Source: Pseudobacteriovorax sp. (GTDB taxonomy: Bacteria > Bdellovibrionota_B > Oligoflexia > Oligoflexales > Oligoflexaceae). Taken from it: 35,445 nucleotides of DNA. Below, one piece after another: positions 18,146-27,015 of this stretch. The DNA lies in NCBI GenBank assembly GCA_050293845.1, contig JBNKNM010000003.1, positions 1-35,445 on the forward strand, written 5' to 3'. Each line of letters opens with the position of its first letter. Position 1 is the stretch's first letter. Below the pieces are notes generated by a model. It was not told where the DNA came from. It made no database searches and saw nothing but the letters and a program-made list of their open reading frames with translations. Made by a program: the position numbers and the translations under genes.

Positions 18146-19438
18146 TCACTTTTCGGAGAGGAGTCGGGCCTTTTCAGAACTTAAAGTTTTGATTTCTTTA
18201 GTTATAATCTCACGGGCAATTTTGGCAAAATGCCGCTCACAATAGTCCAGAACTGTTTTTTCAACAATCTTCACCATTTCATCCCGTAAAAAGGGCTCCA
18301 AAAGTCCTTGGACACGCTCCATATCTCCCAAAGACAGAGAGGTTCCCTCTTCTTCTGAGGTAAATTCCTCGTGGTCATCTCCTAAGTAGCGACTCTTTAA
18401 GCCCTCACTGCTCTCATCGGGGGGAGGAGGAGGGGGAGTAAAACTACCTTCTTGATCGATACTACTAAAGTTAGGCATATCATCAGTTGGCGAGCGAGTT
18501 TCCGTATGTAGTTCGGTGGTCTCACTACGCGCCATTTCTGTCTCAAATTTGATCATATCAGGAGAGCGATATTCGGCATTGTCTGGTTCATAATCCCCAT
18601 GTTCATCATAGTCACCTTCTTCAGGTTCATAATTATTATTTGCTAGCAGCTCAGATTCTTGGTTTTGGTCAAAACCAAAATGATCGTCTTCAGCGCTTTC
18701 CTTAAACAAGTCTTGCGGCACTTCTGACAGTGGTTGATCTGGCATACTAAAGGGAGCTGCATCTTCTAACTCGGTTGTTTCAGCATGTCCTGCAGAGTCT
18801 TGGGGTGGCTGGGTGTCTTCCAAACTTATGGGAACAGGGCTACTCTGTTTCAAGGAACCCTTTTCATAAGACACATTGCTAATATCTATCCGATTGACCA
18901 TTGAGCTAGGTGGATCTGGTATAGGTTCCGCCGGCTCCGGCTGACCCGGAGCCGAAGATGGCACAGGTGGCGACGGCAGCGGCGGTAAGGGAATCTTTGC
19001 CTTGCTATGGGTTCCTGAACCAGCAAAGGTTGGAGGTGGTGGCGGCGCGCCCACAGGAGTATGACGTGGTCCTACTTCATGTCCCAGGCTATTCCATGCG
19101 GTTGCTACTAAGTCTGCAGCTTCAAAGGGTTTCGCTAGAAAGGAGTGGAATCCAAGTTGGTGGAAACTTGCCTGATCAACACTGTCATAAGAACCTACCA
19201 AGATAACAAAGGGAATGTTACGGAGTCTTTTCTGAAGGTTAAAGTAGTCTTGAGCACCTTTGATTCCCGGAAGGCTTGCATCAGCAATGACAAGGTGAGG
19301 AGGGTTTTGACTTCCAGCGTTAATAGCCTCAATGTAACTATTAGCAACAGCGATATCTACAGCGTAGGGAGCAAAAGCTAACTGTACTACTTTTTGAATT
19401 GTCGATGAATCATCAATGACAAGAAATTTTTCCACCAC
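18146..19438 (-). CDS. romR: RomR-like response regulator (receiver, Pro-rich/acidic linker, helical C-terminus)
   Basis: LVIDDSSTIQKVV, VIAD, AKPF receiver; long Pro- and Glu/Asp-rich region; C-terminal IVEKTV...IAREIITKEIKTL; SD GAGGAGG. Confidence 0.65.
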   Translation of the reverse strand: MVEKFLVIDDSSTIQKVVQLAFAPYAVDIAVANSYIEAINAGSQNPPHLVIADASLPGIKGAQDYFNLQKRLRNIPFVILVGSYDSVDQASFHQLGFHSFLAKPFEAADLVATAWNSLGHEVGPRHTPVGAPPPPPTFAGSGTHSKAKIPLPPLPSPPVPSSAPGQPEPAEPIPDPPSSMVNRIDISNVSYEKGSLKQSSPVPISLEDTQPPQDSAGHAETTELEDAAPFSMPDQPLSEVPQDLFKESAEDDHFGFDQNQESELLANNNYEPEEGDYDEHGDYEPDNAEYRSPDMIKFETEMARSETTELHTETRSPTDDMPNFSSIDQEGSFTPPPPPPDESSEGLKSRYLGDDHEEFTSEEEGTSLSLGDMERVQGLLEPFLRDEMVKIVEKTVLDYCERHFAKIAREIITKEIKTLSSEKARLLSEK

Positions 19439-19543
19439 ATCCTCCTCTTCCTATTCTATGATAACAGAAGGTGGTCATAATGAAATAGTGGACCCAGATC
19501 GGAGTTAGATCAAGGTTGGTAACCAACAGCTAATCGCATACGG

Positions 19544-19846
19544 TTATCCTAGGCGAGAACTCGAAAGCTTTTCATTAAACACCAATAGGATTAATGCCCT
19601 GACATGCTTCCTATTTTCCTTAATGGCACGTAATATCAGCAGATAATCATCCCAAGAAAAAAAGGTTTCTTTGCCGCTATTTAATTCCATAAAGCATTTA
19701 GTTCTAAGATTCTCCAAATACACTGCCTTACTTTCGTAAAGCCTTTTTAGAGTATCAGGGTCTAAGCCCTGCTCATTAATGGGTTTGAGAAGCTCACCCA
19801 TGATCTCGCGGTAAGTTTCAAAATCCGTAGAGCCAAAATCTCCCAT
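19544..19846 (-). CDS. Small helical hypothetical protein
   Basis: ATG 19846 preceded by SD GAGGTGA; MGDFGSTDFETYREIMGELLKP... (100 aa). Confidence 0.7.
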   Translation of the reverse strand: MGDFGSTDFETYREIMGELLKPINEQGLDPDTLKRLYESKAVYLENLRTKCFMELNSGKETFFSWDDYLLILRAIKENRKHVRALILLVFNEKLSSSRLG

Positions 19847-19893
19847 GGAGATCACCTCGCATCCTGCGATTAAAGTCAATCCTAATAAAGTGG

Positions 19894-19920
19894 GTTTCGG
19901 TGACTTAGTAGCAAACTTAA
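19894..19920 (-). promoter_or_regulatory. Putative sigma28 (FliA) promoter
   Basis: Minus strand TTAAGTTT-N11-ACCGAAAC versus consensus TAAAGTTT-N11-GCCGATAA. Confidence 0.55.
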
Positions 19921-20026
19921 GAACGTTCCAAAACGACTTCACTGGTAAAATGGTAAAGATAAAGAGATTGTAAAAGGAAGCCAAGTTGTTATACTGATCT
20001 GCCAATTTCACTGGAGGAAGTTATCT

Positions 20027-20695
20027 GTGAGCATTTTCAGCGGAAGTTTGTCGTTGAGCCGTTATCGGATCATAGGAGCCTCAGGCCCTCCCTCTCTTAG
20101 CCAACTGAATCAAAAGTTGAAGGTTTACCAGGCCAAACCATTAGAGCTAGCATCTCCCAAAGAGCTATGTTTTGGATGGGAGTTACCGGCTATTGGGGAT
20201 ACTTCTGACCTTCCTGAGGGAGCTGACTGGGACATGTCTTATTGTCAGCTCGAAGAAGGCTACCTCATGCGTATTAGGGTCGACAAGAGAAAGATTGCTC
20301 ACCCCGTCCTTCAGTTGGTTTATCGGAAAAAGATGACTACCTTAGAGCAGGACAACGACGGTAAACGCCTGTCGCGGCAAAAAAAGAGAGACTTACTGGA
20401 GGAGACTCGGCAGGAACTACTTAGTCAAAGCTTGCCCAATGTTAGCTATACGGATCTTTTTTGGGATGAAGTTAGACATGAAGTGATGCTATTTTCCACA
20501 AGTAAAGGGGTTCAAGGAATATTCGAAGAATTATTCCGTAAAACTTTTTGTGAACATTTAGGGCTAAGTCTGATAAAAATCGCCCCACCCTTACTTGGGT
20601 TATCACAGGAAGAGTGGCAAGAAAGTATGTCATCGAAGACGATAGAGCGCATGAGTCACACTCTACCGCATGATCTAGAAGGTACAATTAATTGA
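20027..20695 (+). CDS. RdgC-like recombination-associated protein (short form)
   Basis: MSIFSGSLSLSRY, CFGW, RIRVDKRKI, LSRQKKRDL, FEELFRKTF; SD GGAGGA. Confidence 0.65.
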   Translation: MSIFSGSLSLSRYRIIGASGPPSLSQLNQKLKVYQAKPLELASPKELCFGWELPAIGDTSDLPEGADWDMSYCQLEEGYLMRIRVDKRKIAHPVLQLVYRKKMTTLEQDNDGKRLSRQKKRDLLEETRQELLSQSLPNVSYTDLFWDEVRHEVMLFSTSKGVQGIFEELFRKTFCEHLGLSLIKIAPPLLGLSQEEWQESMSSKTIERMSHTLPHDLEGTIN

Positions 20696-20719
20696 TATTA
20701 AAGCTGAAAGGAGTAAGTT

Positions 20720-21301
20720 TTGGCACTTAATAAACAATCAAAAATTTCTATTGGGGAGTGGTTTTTTCGCTATAGGGACTATACCCCCATCCCCCTTATT
20801 ATCATCCTCTTGATTTGGTGCGAGCCCTCTGTAACCTCAGCAACTTTAGGGCTATTTAGTATATTTTTTGGAGAGCTATTCAGGGTTTACAGCGTCAGTT
20901 TTATTGGAAGTATCTCCCGCACACGCTCTGATAGTACGGGGCAAAAACTCATCGTCAGTGGGCCCTTCGCTTTTGTGCGTAATCCACTTTATGTAGGCAA
21001 CTTTTTTGTCTCGGTAGGCTTTGCCATTTTCTCAGGTGTCTTTTGGATCGTTGCTGTTACGGCTATCGCTTTTATCGTGCAGTATTTCTTTATTGTTAAG
21101 TACGAAGAAGCCATTTTAACAAAGACTTTTGGTGAAGACTATATAAGTTACCGAAAACGCGTACCGGCTTTCTTTCCCGCATCTTTCCCTAAGTTAGATC
21201 AGCTGGAATGGCCCCGAGACTACTCCCACGCCCTCAAGAGTGAAAGAAGAACCCTGTCGACGATCCTTGCCCTTATCGCGTTTCTCGTCGCTCTAGCGTG
21301 A
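20720..21301 (+). CDS. Isoprenylcysteine carboxyl methyltransferase family membrane methyltransferase
   Basis: LIVSGPFAFVRNPLYVGN, EEAIL...FGEDY..Y...VPAFFP. Confidence 0.85.
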   Translation: MALNKQSKISIGEWFFRYRDYTPIPLIIILLIWCEPSVTSATLGLFSIFFGELFRVYSVSFIGSISRTRSDSTGQKLIVSGPFAFVRNPLYVGNFFVSVGFAIFSGVFWIVAVTAIAFIVQYFFIVKYEEAILTKTFGEDYISYRKRVPAFFPASFPKLDQLEWPRDYSHALKSERRTLSTILALIAFLVALA

Positions 21302-21367
21302 GTCAGCTTTAAAAAAGGTCCTCTATGCTATAGAGGACCAAACACTCCCTTATACTGCCTACAGAAA

Positions 21368-23026
21368 TTATGTTTTCGACTTCTGGGGTTGCCCCGTACA
21401 AACAACTGCAGAAGCCTTTGGGGATGGCCGCATTTGCAACCGTTTCCAAAACATCTGACTCCCCTCGGTAATTTCCCAATCGAATCCCACATAGGATAGC
21501 TTTTCCCAAATTGATTTAAGGTGAGCATAGGAGATCTGAGCTAATTCAAGGCTGGAAGATGGCTCTGTACCTTTTATAATCATATTCAGTGCATGACGTG
21601 GTCGCCCCAGATGCTCAAGACCCACCAGATAATCAGACCATGCATGGCCATGGTAGCTCTTAATTTTTAGACGATTTAACAAATATTCCTGAACGGTAAA
21701 GCTGAAGTTTTCAAAATAGAAGGCAATCATAGCAAAAAAAGTCTCATATGTTTGTTGCTGTTGCCATTGTTTAAAGCAGTGAGTGAAGTAACGACGTTGG
21801 CTGTGATCTAAAGTTATATTCATTTTTACCCAGAAGGCATCTAATTTATCTTCAAGGGTATTTTGTGGTTCAGATAATATTTGATCGATCCAACTATTCC
21901 AAAAATCTCCTACTTTCGGATGAGCTTCCTGAGAAGTCCCCAAGTCCAATGAAGCTGGCTGCGGAGGCCTTGACTTTGGTGTTGCACCATGCTGATCCTG
22001 CTTCGGCTGCTGAGGTGATGCAAACCCTTGCTTGTGCTTATGACGACCTTCTTCCATTTTCCGTTCTGCAACCGCTTCCCGGTTCGGTCCACGGTTTTGG
22101 AGGCCTGTATCTCCCATGGCATCAGGATCTGGTTTCCTTGACTTAGGTTCTTGGGATTTCTGCAAAATATCACTAAGACTTTTTCCGCGTTTGGGAGGGA
22201 GTTGGCTTTTATTAATTTTTGATGTCCCCTCAACCTGGGATGCATCGAAGTTCAGAGAAGAGTTGACTGGACTCGCTGCCTGCTTACGTAAGCGTTTGAA
22301 CACTTCCCGTGCCTTGTCTTCAATACTTGTAGCTAAATTTTTTTCAGGATCTTGAAATGCGCGCTTTTGCTTGTTTGCGGATGATTTAGGAAGATCGGAA
22401 TCTTCAGCTTTAAACTGCTTCTCGCTCGGAGTTACAGCGAGATCTAAAGGGGGAGTTTCATGATAATCAGCAATTCTTGTTAAGACCGGGATATCATCAA
22501 ATTGCTTGCGGGGCAGAATCTTAGGTACTTTAAGAACATTCGGTCCGAGCTTATGGGAGGAGGGTCCTTGATCGCGTTGCTGAGCCTCGGGAACATGGAT
22601 ACGAACTTTGGCCCGCTGTGGGGTCGGAGGGGCTCCTGGGAGCTTGGCGGTTTCTTTGGAATCAACGGAACCTTCCTCAGCTTTTACAGCGTCGGCAATG
22701 CGTATTTCCAGTATTCTGCGCTCCCGCGTAACCACCTCGGCTTTGTCTCGTTTACCAAGAGAAAGAAAGCTGGCTTCGACCAGCTTAAGAACTTCAATTT
22801 CATCCAATGGCCTCTTGATAGCGCGGGCTTCTTTTAAGGCCATATAAGCAACCCTTAAAGCTGATAAGGGTTGAGCATTGACTATCAAAGCTCCTAATCG
22901 GTATAGCAGGACCAAACGCGACTGACTTGGCTCATCGATGAGAAGAGCCAAGAAGCGATCGACATAGGTTTGATTCTCGGGAGAGCTTTTTATTTTTTCT
23001 AAAAAACTCTCCAAGCCTTTGGACAT
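21368..23026 (-). CDS. Hypothetical protein with helical N- and C-terminal domains and a long disordered linker
   Basis: 552-aa ORF, SD GGGGA, P/Q/K/S-rich middle region; no recognised motif. Confidence 0.7.
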   Translation of the reverse strand: MSKGLESFLEKIKSSPENQTYVDRFLALLIDEPSQSRLVLLYRLGALIVNAQPLSALRVAYMALKEARAIKRPLDEIEVLKLVEASFLSLGKRDKAEVVTRERRILEIRIADAVKAEEGSVDSKETAKLPGAPPTPQRAKVRIHVPEAQQRDQGPSSHKLGPNVLKVPKILPRKQFDDIPVLTRIADYHETPPLDLAVTPSEKQFKAEDSDLPKSSANKQKRAFQDPEKNLATSIEDKAREVFKRLRKQAASPVNSSLNFDASQVEGTSKINKSQLPPKRGKSLSDILQKSQEPKSRKPDPDAMGDTGLQNRGPNREAVAERKMEEGRHKHKQGFASPQQPKQDQHGATPKSRPPQPASLDLGTSQEAHPKVGDFWNSWIDQILSEPQNTLEDKLDAFWVKMNITLDHSQRRYFTHCFKQWQQQQTYETFFAMIAFYFENFSFTVQEYLLNRLKIKSYHGHAWSDYLVGLEHLGRPRHALNMIIKGTEPSSSLELAQISYAHLKSIWEKLSYVGFDWEITEGSQMFWKRLQMRPSPKASAVVCTGQPQKSKT

Positions 23027-23263
23027 ACAATCCCCAGATCCGAAATTGTCACCGGTCTCAGCGTGACTTCGGAAAAAAATACCCTCATTAACAGGGGTTA
23101 ACTCCGGTTTGTTTTTTCCTCGCGCTTTGATTCCGGCGAAATATGCATCCGCTGCGTACGCAATTGACCACGGGCTTCAAAGCATTATGCTAAGCTGATT
23201 TTCAGATCTCGGATTAACCCTTATCTCAAGGGTACCATACAGAGACAGGCAAGAAAGACTAGG

Positions 23264-23824
23264 CTATTTTACCTTTTCAACATACTCGCTCGAACGGGTG
23301 TCTATTTTAAGAATATCACCTTCAGATATATGAAATGGTACCGAAACGGTCAGTCCGGTTTCCAAGGTCGCTGGCTTACCACCGCCAGAGGAAGTATCTC
23401 CTTTGATGTTAGGTTGGGTTTCCACGACCTTTAACTCTACAAAGTTATCAATTTCGACAGAAACAGGGCGGCCTTGAAAAAAAGTGACCTTTACAATGAA
23501 GTTTTCCACTATAAAGTCCTTGGCATCAGAAATATCATCTAGGGTTAGACCTACTTGATCGTAGGACTCCATGTCCATAAAAGTATAAGTTTGTCCATCA
23601 TTATAAAGATATTGCATTTCCTTAGTTTCAAGGTCGGGGACGGGAACCTTGTCGCCAGACTTAAAAGTAACCTCTAAGACCTGTTTGGTTTCTAGATTTT
23701 TAAGCTTTGTTCTAACAAAAGCAGCACCCTTTCCTGGGTTGACATGCTGGAAGTCAACTATTACAAAAGGTTTACCGCTGTACTCTATTTTGAGTCCTTT
23801 TCTAAAGTCCGTAGTGACGTACAT
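23264..23824 (-). CDS. efp: Elongation factor P
   Basis: FQHVNPGKGAAFVRTKLKN, MQYLY, KPATLETG, KIDTR; ATG 23824 with SD AGGA. Confidence 0.97.
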   Translation of the reverse strand: MYVTTDFRKGLKIEYSGKPFVIVDFQHVNPGKGAAFVRTKLKNLETKQVLEVTFKSGDKVPVPDLETKEMQYLYNDGQTYTFMDMESYDQVGLTLDDISDAKDFIVENFIVKVTFFQGRPVSVEIDNFVELKVVETQPNIKGDTSSGGGKPATLETGLTVSVPFHISEGDILKIDTRSSEYVEKVK

Positions 23825-23935
23825 ATTTTTATTCCTAAGATCCAAGTCCTGATAAAAAGGATAGTTTATACGAAATCTTTTCAGTGCCGGCAAGAACTCC
23901 CTCACCCTTCGAAAATATCATGTTCCTCTACCATT

Positions 23936-24589
23936 TCATAGGCTCGTTCTTGGCTTTGATTGGGACGCCTTGACTTTGTTCAGTTCCTGCAACAGCAACT
24001 TATGCCTCAATATGCGCAGTAGGGGTCCTTTATAACTGTCAAACTTTACTAAAGACTGCCTTTGAATTCCCTGACCTGGTCCCTGGACTTCCTTACCGCT
24101 AGTGGAGTGAATAACCTTGCCAATCCCTTGCCGCGTCACTTCTTCAACCATCACCACATGACCAGGGTATACCAATATATCACCAGGAAGAATGCGACGT
24201 GGTTTACGGCCCAAATCGACCCAAAAGAAATCTTTTTCTAGCTCAAAGGCTGATTTGCGAACCATCTGCTTAGTGGTTAAATAAGGTGCTTTTAACCCTG
24301 CTCCTTTATAGACTAGTGAAATGAAGTGAGAACAATCTAAACTACATTTTGTGCAAACGGGACATCGGTGAAGTCTTTCTTTTGCCTCAGGTTTATGGCG
24401 ATCCAAGCATTGAGTACAGGCATCACAGTATACAGCGGCACCGACCCGACTGCCACCATAGACATATGAAATATTGGCCTGATTCAACAGGCGATCAGCT
24501 TCCGCTAAAACCTTATTACGTATAGGTAAGCTAAAGGCTTCTACTTGCCATAAAAGCATGAGAACTATACAAAAAAATATCTTATTCAC
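23936..24589 (-). CDS. Secreted NlpC/P60 family hydrolase with a Cys-rich insertion
   Basis: Signal peptide; YVYGG, LDCSHF, PGDIL, GHV, IHST. Confidence 0.75.
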   Translation of the reverse strand: MNKIFFCIVLMLLWQVEAFSLPIRNKVLAEADRLLNQANISYVYGGSRVGAAVYCDACTQCLDRHKPEAKERLHRCPVCTKCSLDCSHFISLVYKGAGLKAPYLTTKQMVRKSAFELEKDFFWVDLGRKPRRILPGDILVYPGHVVMVEEVTRQGIGKVIHSTSGKEVQGPGQGIQRQSLVKFDSYKGPLLRILRHKLLLQELNKVKASQSKPRTSL

Positions 24590-24748
24590 CTGACTATCCT
24601 CAAAAGTTAGTATCTCATATGAAAATTTCCCTAATCAGGGTGTCAATATCTGAAAATAATAAAAGAAAAATAGACCTGAGGGAAAGAGAATAACTCCGCA
24701 ATATTTTTCAAAAATCAAAACCCAGATTTAAAATGATAAAATAAATCC

Positions 24749-24777
24749 TTGCATCATTCTTATACAGTGAATAAGCT
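24749..24777 (+). promoter_or_regulatory. Putative sigma70 promoter
   Basis: TTGCAT-N17-TAAGCT, 32 nt before ATG 24810. Confidence 0.35.
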
Positions 24778-24809
24778 AACTTGCCCGTTCTTTTTTCTCC
24801 GGATATCCC

Positions 24810-25214
24810 ATGGAACCTAAACACCGCAACGACTATTGGCCTATCGACGATGGTCCTAGTTTTCCAAACTTTCCCTTTCCTGGCCAGGTACGACTTATCA
24901 TCGAGAGTGCCCCCTGGCAATTTGCGCTGTTGCTCCATGGTCTAGAGATCTCCAAAAGCACTGTTAAGGCTTCCATTGATCGCAAGAGATTTGAACGATA
25001 CTTTACTTTCGATGACATGCCACAGCTGTTTCGCATCGAAGGTCAGTACCTGATTCAACTAGAAGCGGACTCAGAGCATCTGCCCATAGTTTCACTTCAT
25101 GCAGAATTAGCGCGACGGGAACTCAGCGTTTCGGGGATTACCCTCAGCTTTAATTTTTTAAGGAATACATCTGAGTTAGATGAATTGATGCAGCACTTGC
25201 AGAGCACTAAATAG
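24810..25214 (+). CDS. Hypothetical protein, possibly a degenerate PilZ-like beta-barrel
   Basis: 134-aa ORF; GLEISKSTV...IVSLHAELARR...GITLSFNF echoes the PilZ strand pattern. Confidence 0.55.
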   Translation: MEPKHRNDYWPIDDGPSFPNFPFPGQVRLIIESAPWQFALLLHGLEISKSTVKASIDRKRFERYFTFDDMPQLFRIEGQYLIQLEADSEHLPIVSLHAELARRELSVSGITLSFNFLRNTSELDELMQHLQSTK

Positions 25215-25346
25215 TTTACTAAATAGTACCGATAAGAGTGGAAGCGAATAGCGGTGAAAGAGTTTTAATTGCTAACCAAGGCAAATGCTGGTATTTCATA
25301 AAGCTATTTTATGTCATTTTTGCCAACTAAATAGGACGGTATTGCC

Positions 25347-26972
25347 TTGCGTAGTAAAAATGCAGACGTCACATTGGAAGCTCTCTATAAGATATTTACG
25401 ATCCCCGAATCGGAAGATAGCACTCTTGGTCGTATCGAGAAAGAAATCTCACAGAACCTTAGAGGCTTTTTAAAAGCGCATATCGTATCTTCCGATACAC
25501 TACCCATAAACCTAGAGAAAGAGTTTTCCGAATATAAGGTTCCAGATAATCCTATTTATGTATCCGAGCAAGCTGACTTTTTATTATCAAATGTAGTGTC
25601 TCAATCGGTTCATACGGCTTCCCCACGGTTTATTGGCCACATGACATCGGCACTACCCTATTTTATGTTACCCCTAGCCAAGATGATGATAGCTCTGAAC
25701 CAAAATTTGGTAAAAATTGAAACATCTAAGGCTTTCACCCCTTTAGAGCGCCAGGTTATAGGTATGTTGCATCACTTAGTGTATCGCAAACCTAAACTCT
25801 TTTACAAAAAAAACCTTCAGCACCATGAAGTTGCCTTGGGTGCATTTTGCTCCAATGGCACCATAGCCAATATAACCTCGCTTTGGGTCGCTTTAAATAA
25901 AGCCCTACCCAAAACCAAACATTTTGATGGCGTTAGTGAAGAAGGATTATTTGCGGCACTACAGCATTACGGTTACAACGGCGCTGCAATTTTGGTCTCG
26001 AAACGGGGCCATTACTCCCTACAAAAAGCAACTAATCTGCTAGGCATTGGTAAAAAAAACCTCATATCTATCCCCACAAGCCATAATAACAAAATCCGTA
26101 CCGACCTTCTTGAGAACAAAATTGCAGAACTAAAAGCTAAAAAAATTGCCATTGTTAGCGTTGTTGGTATTGCTGGTACTACCGAAACAGGAAGTGTTGA
26201 TCCGCTACAGATGATGGCAAAAATTTGTCAAAGGGAAAATATCCATTTTCACATCGATGCTGCCTGGGGTGGTCCCACGCTGTTTTCACGTACCCATCGT
26301 CACTTACTGGATGGAATTGAAGAAGCTGACTCTGTCACTTTCGATGCCCACAAGCAGCTTTACGTCCCTATGGGGGCTGGTTTTGCCCTTTTCAAAGACC
26401 AACATACCCTAAGGCATATCGAACACACAGCTGAATACATCATACGCAAAGGTTCCCGTGATCTCGGTCGGAAGACTCTTGAAGGCTCTCGTCCAGGAAT
26501 GGCTATGCTAGTTCACTCTGGCTTCAGAATCATCGGCCGCCGAGGCTATGAGATGCTCATTGATATGGGAATTGCAAAAGCTAAGCTATTTTCAGAAATG
26601 ATCGATGCAGCTCCAGACTTTGAGCTGGTAACAAGGCCAGAGCTGAATATTCTCACTTACCGTTATGTTCCGGAAAACGTGCTAAAATACTTAAGCGATG
26701 CTTCTCAGTTTGAGAAAAAGCGCATCAATGACCACCTCAATCGTCTAACAATTACGATTCAAAAAGAACAGCGCGACAAAGGCAAGACCTTTGTATCCCG
26801 GACGACGCTGCAAACCAAATTATACGGTGAGCAAAGTATTAACGTTTTCAGGGTGGTACTTGCCAACCCCCTCACCCATAAGAAGCATCTTGTGGAAATT
26901 TTGGCAGAGCAAAGAAGAATCGCACGCGACTTAATGGACGCTGAGTCAATTTTTACGAAAACAGGCACCTAA
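25347..26972 (+). CDS. panP: PLP-dependent aspartate 1-decarboxylase PanP (group II decarboxylase)
   Basis: LYKIFTIPE..DSTLG, FIGHMTSALP, NQNLVKIETSKAFTPLERQV, HIDAAWGG, DAHKQLY (PLP Lys), LEGSRPG, FRVVLANPLT. Confidence 0.88.
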   Translation: MRSKNADVTLEALYKIFTIPESEDSTLGRIEKEISQNLRGFLKAHIVSSDTLPINLEKEFSEYKVPDNPIYVSEQADFLLSNVVSQSVHTASPRFIGHMTSALPYFMLPLAKMMIALNQNLVKIETSKAFTPLERQVIGMLHHLVYRKPKLFYKKNLQHHEVALGAFCSNGTIANITSLWVALNKALPKTKHFDGVSEEGLFAALQHYGYNGAAILVSKRGHYSLQKATNLLGIGKKNLISIPTSHNNKIRTDLLENKIAELKAKKIAIVSVVGIAGTTETGSVDPLQMMAKICQRENIHFHIDAAWGGPTLFSRTHRHLLDGIEEADSVTFDAHKQLYVPMGAGFALFKDQHTLRHIEHTAEYIIRKGSRDLGRKTLEGSRPGMAMLVHSGFRIIGRRGYEMLIDMGIAKAKLFSEMIDAAPDFELVTRPELNILTYRYVPENVLKYLSDASQFEKKRINDHLNRLTITIQKEQRDKGKTFVSRTTLQTKLYGEQSINVFRVVLANPLTHKKHLVEILAEQRRIARDLMDAESIFTKTGT

Positions 26973-27015
26973 GAATCCCATTGATGGCCGCGAAAACAAG
27001 AACCTGCCAAGGTTT

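Noticed and set aside
23264..23824. Unusual EF-P modification system
   Set aside because: Ordinary PGKG lysine loop and no modification gene adjacent
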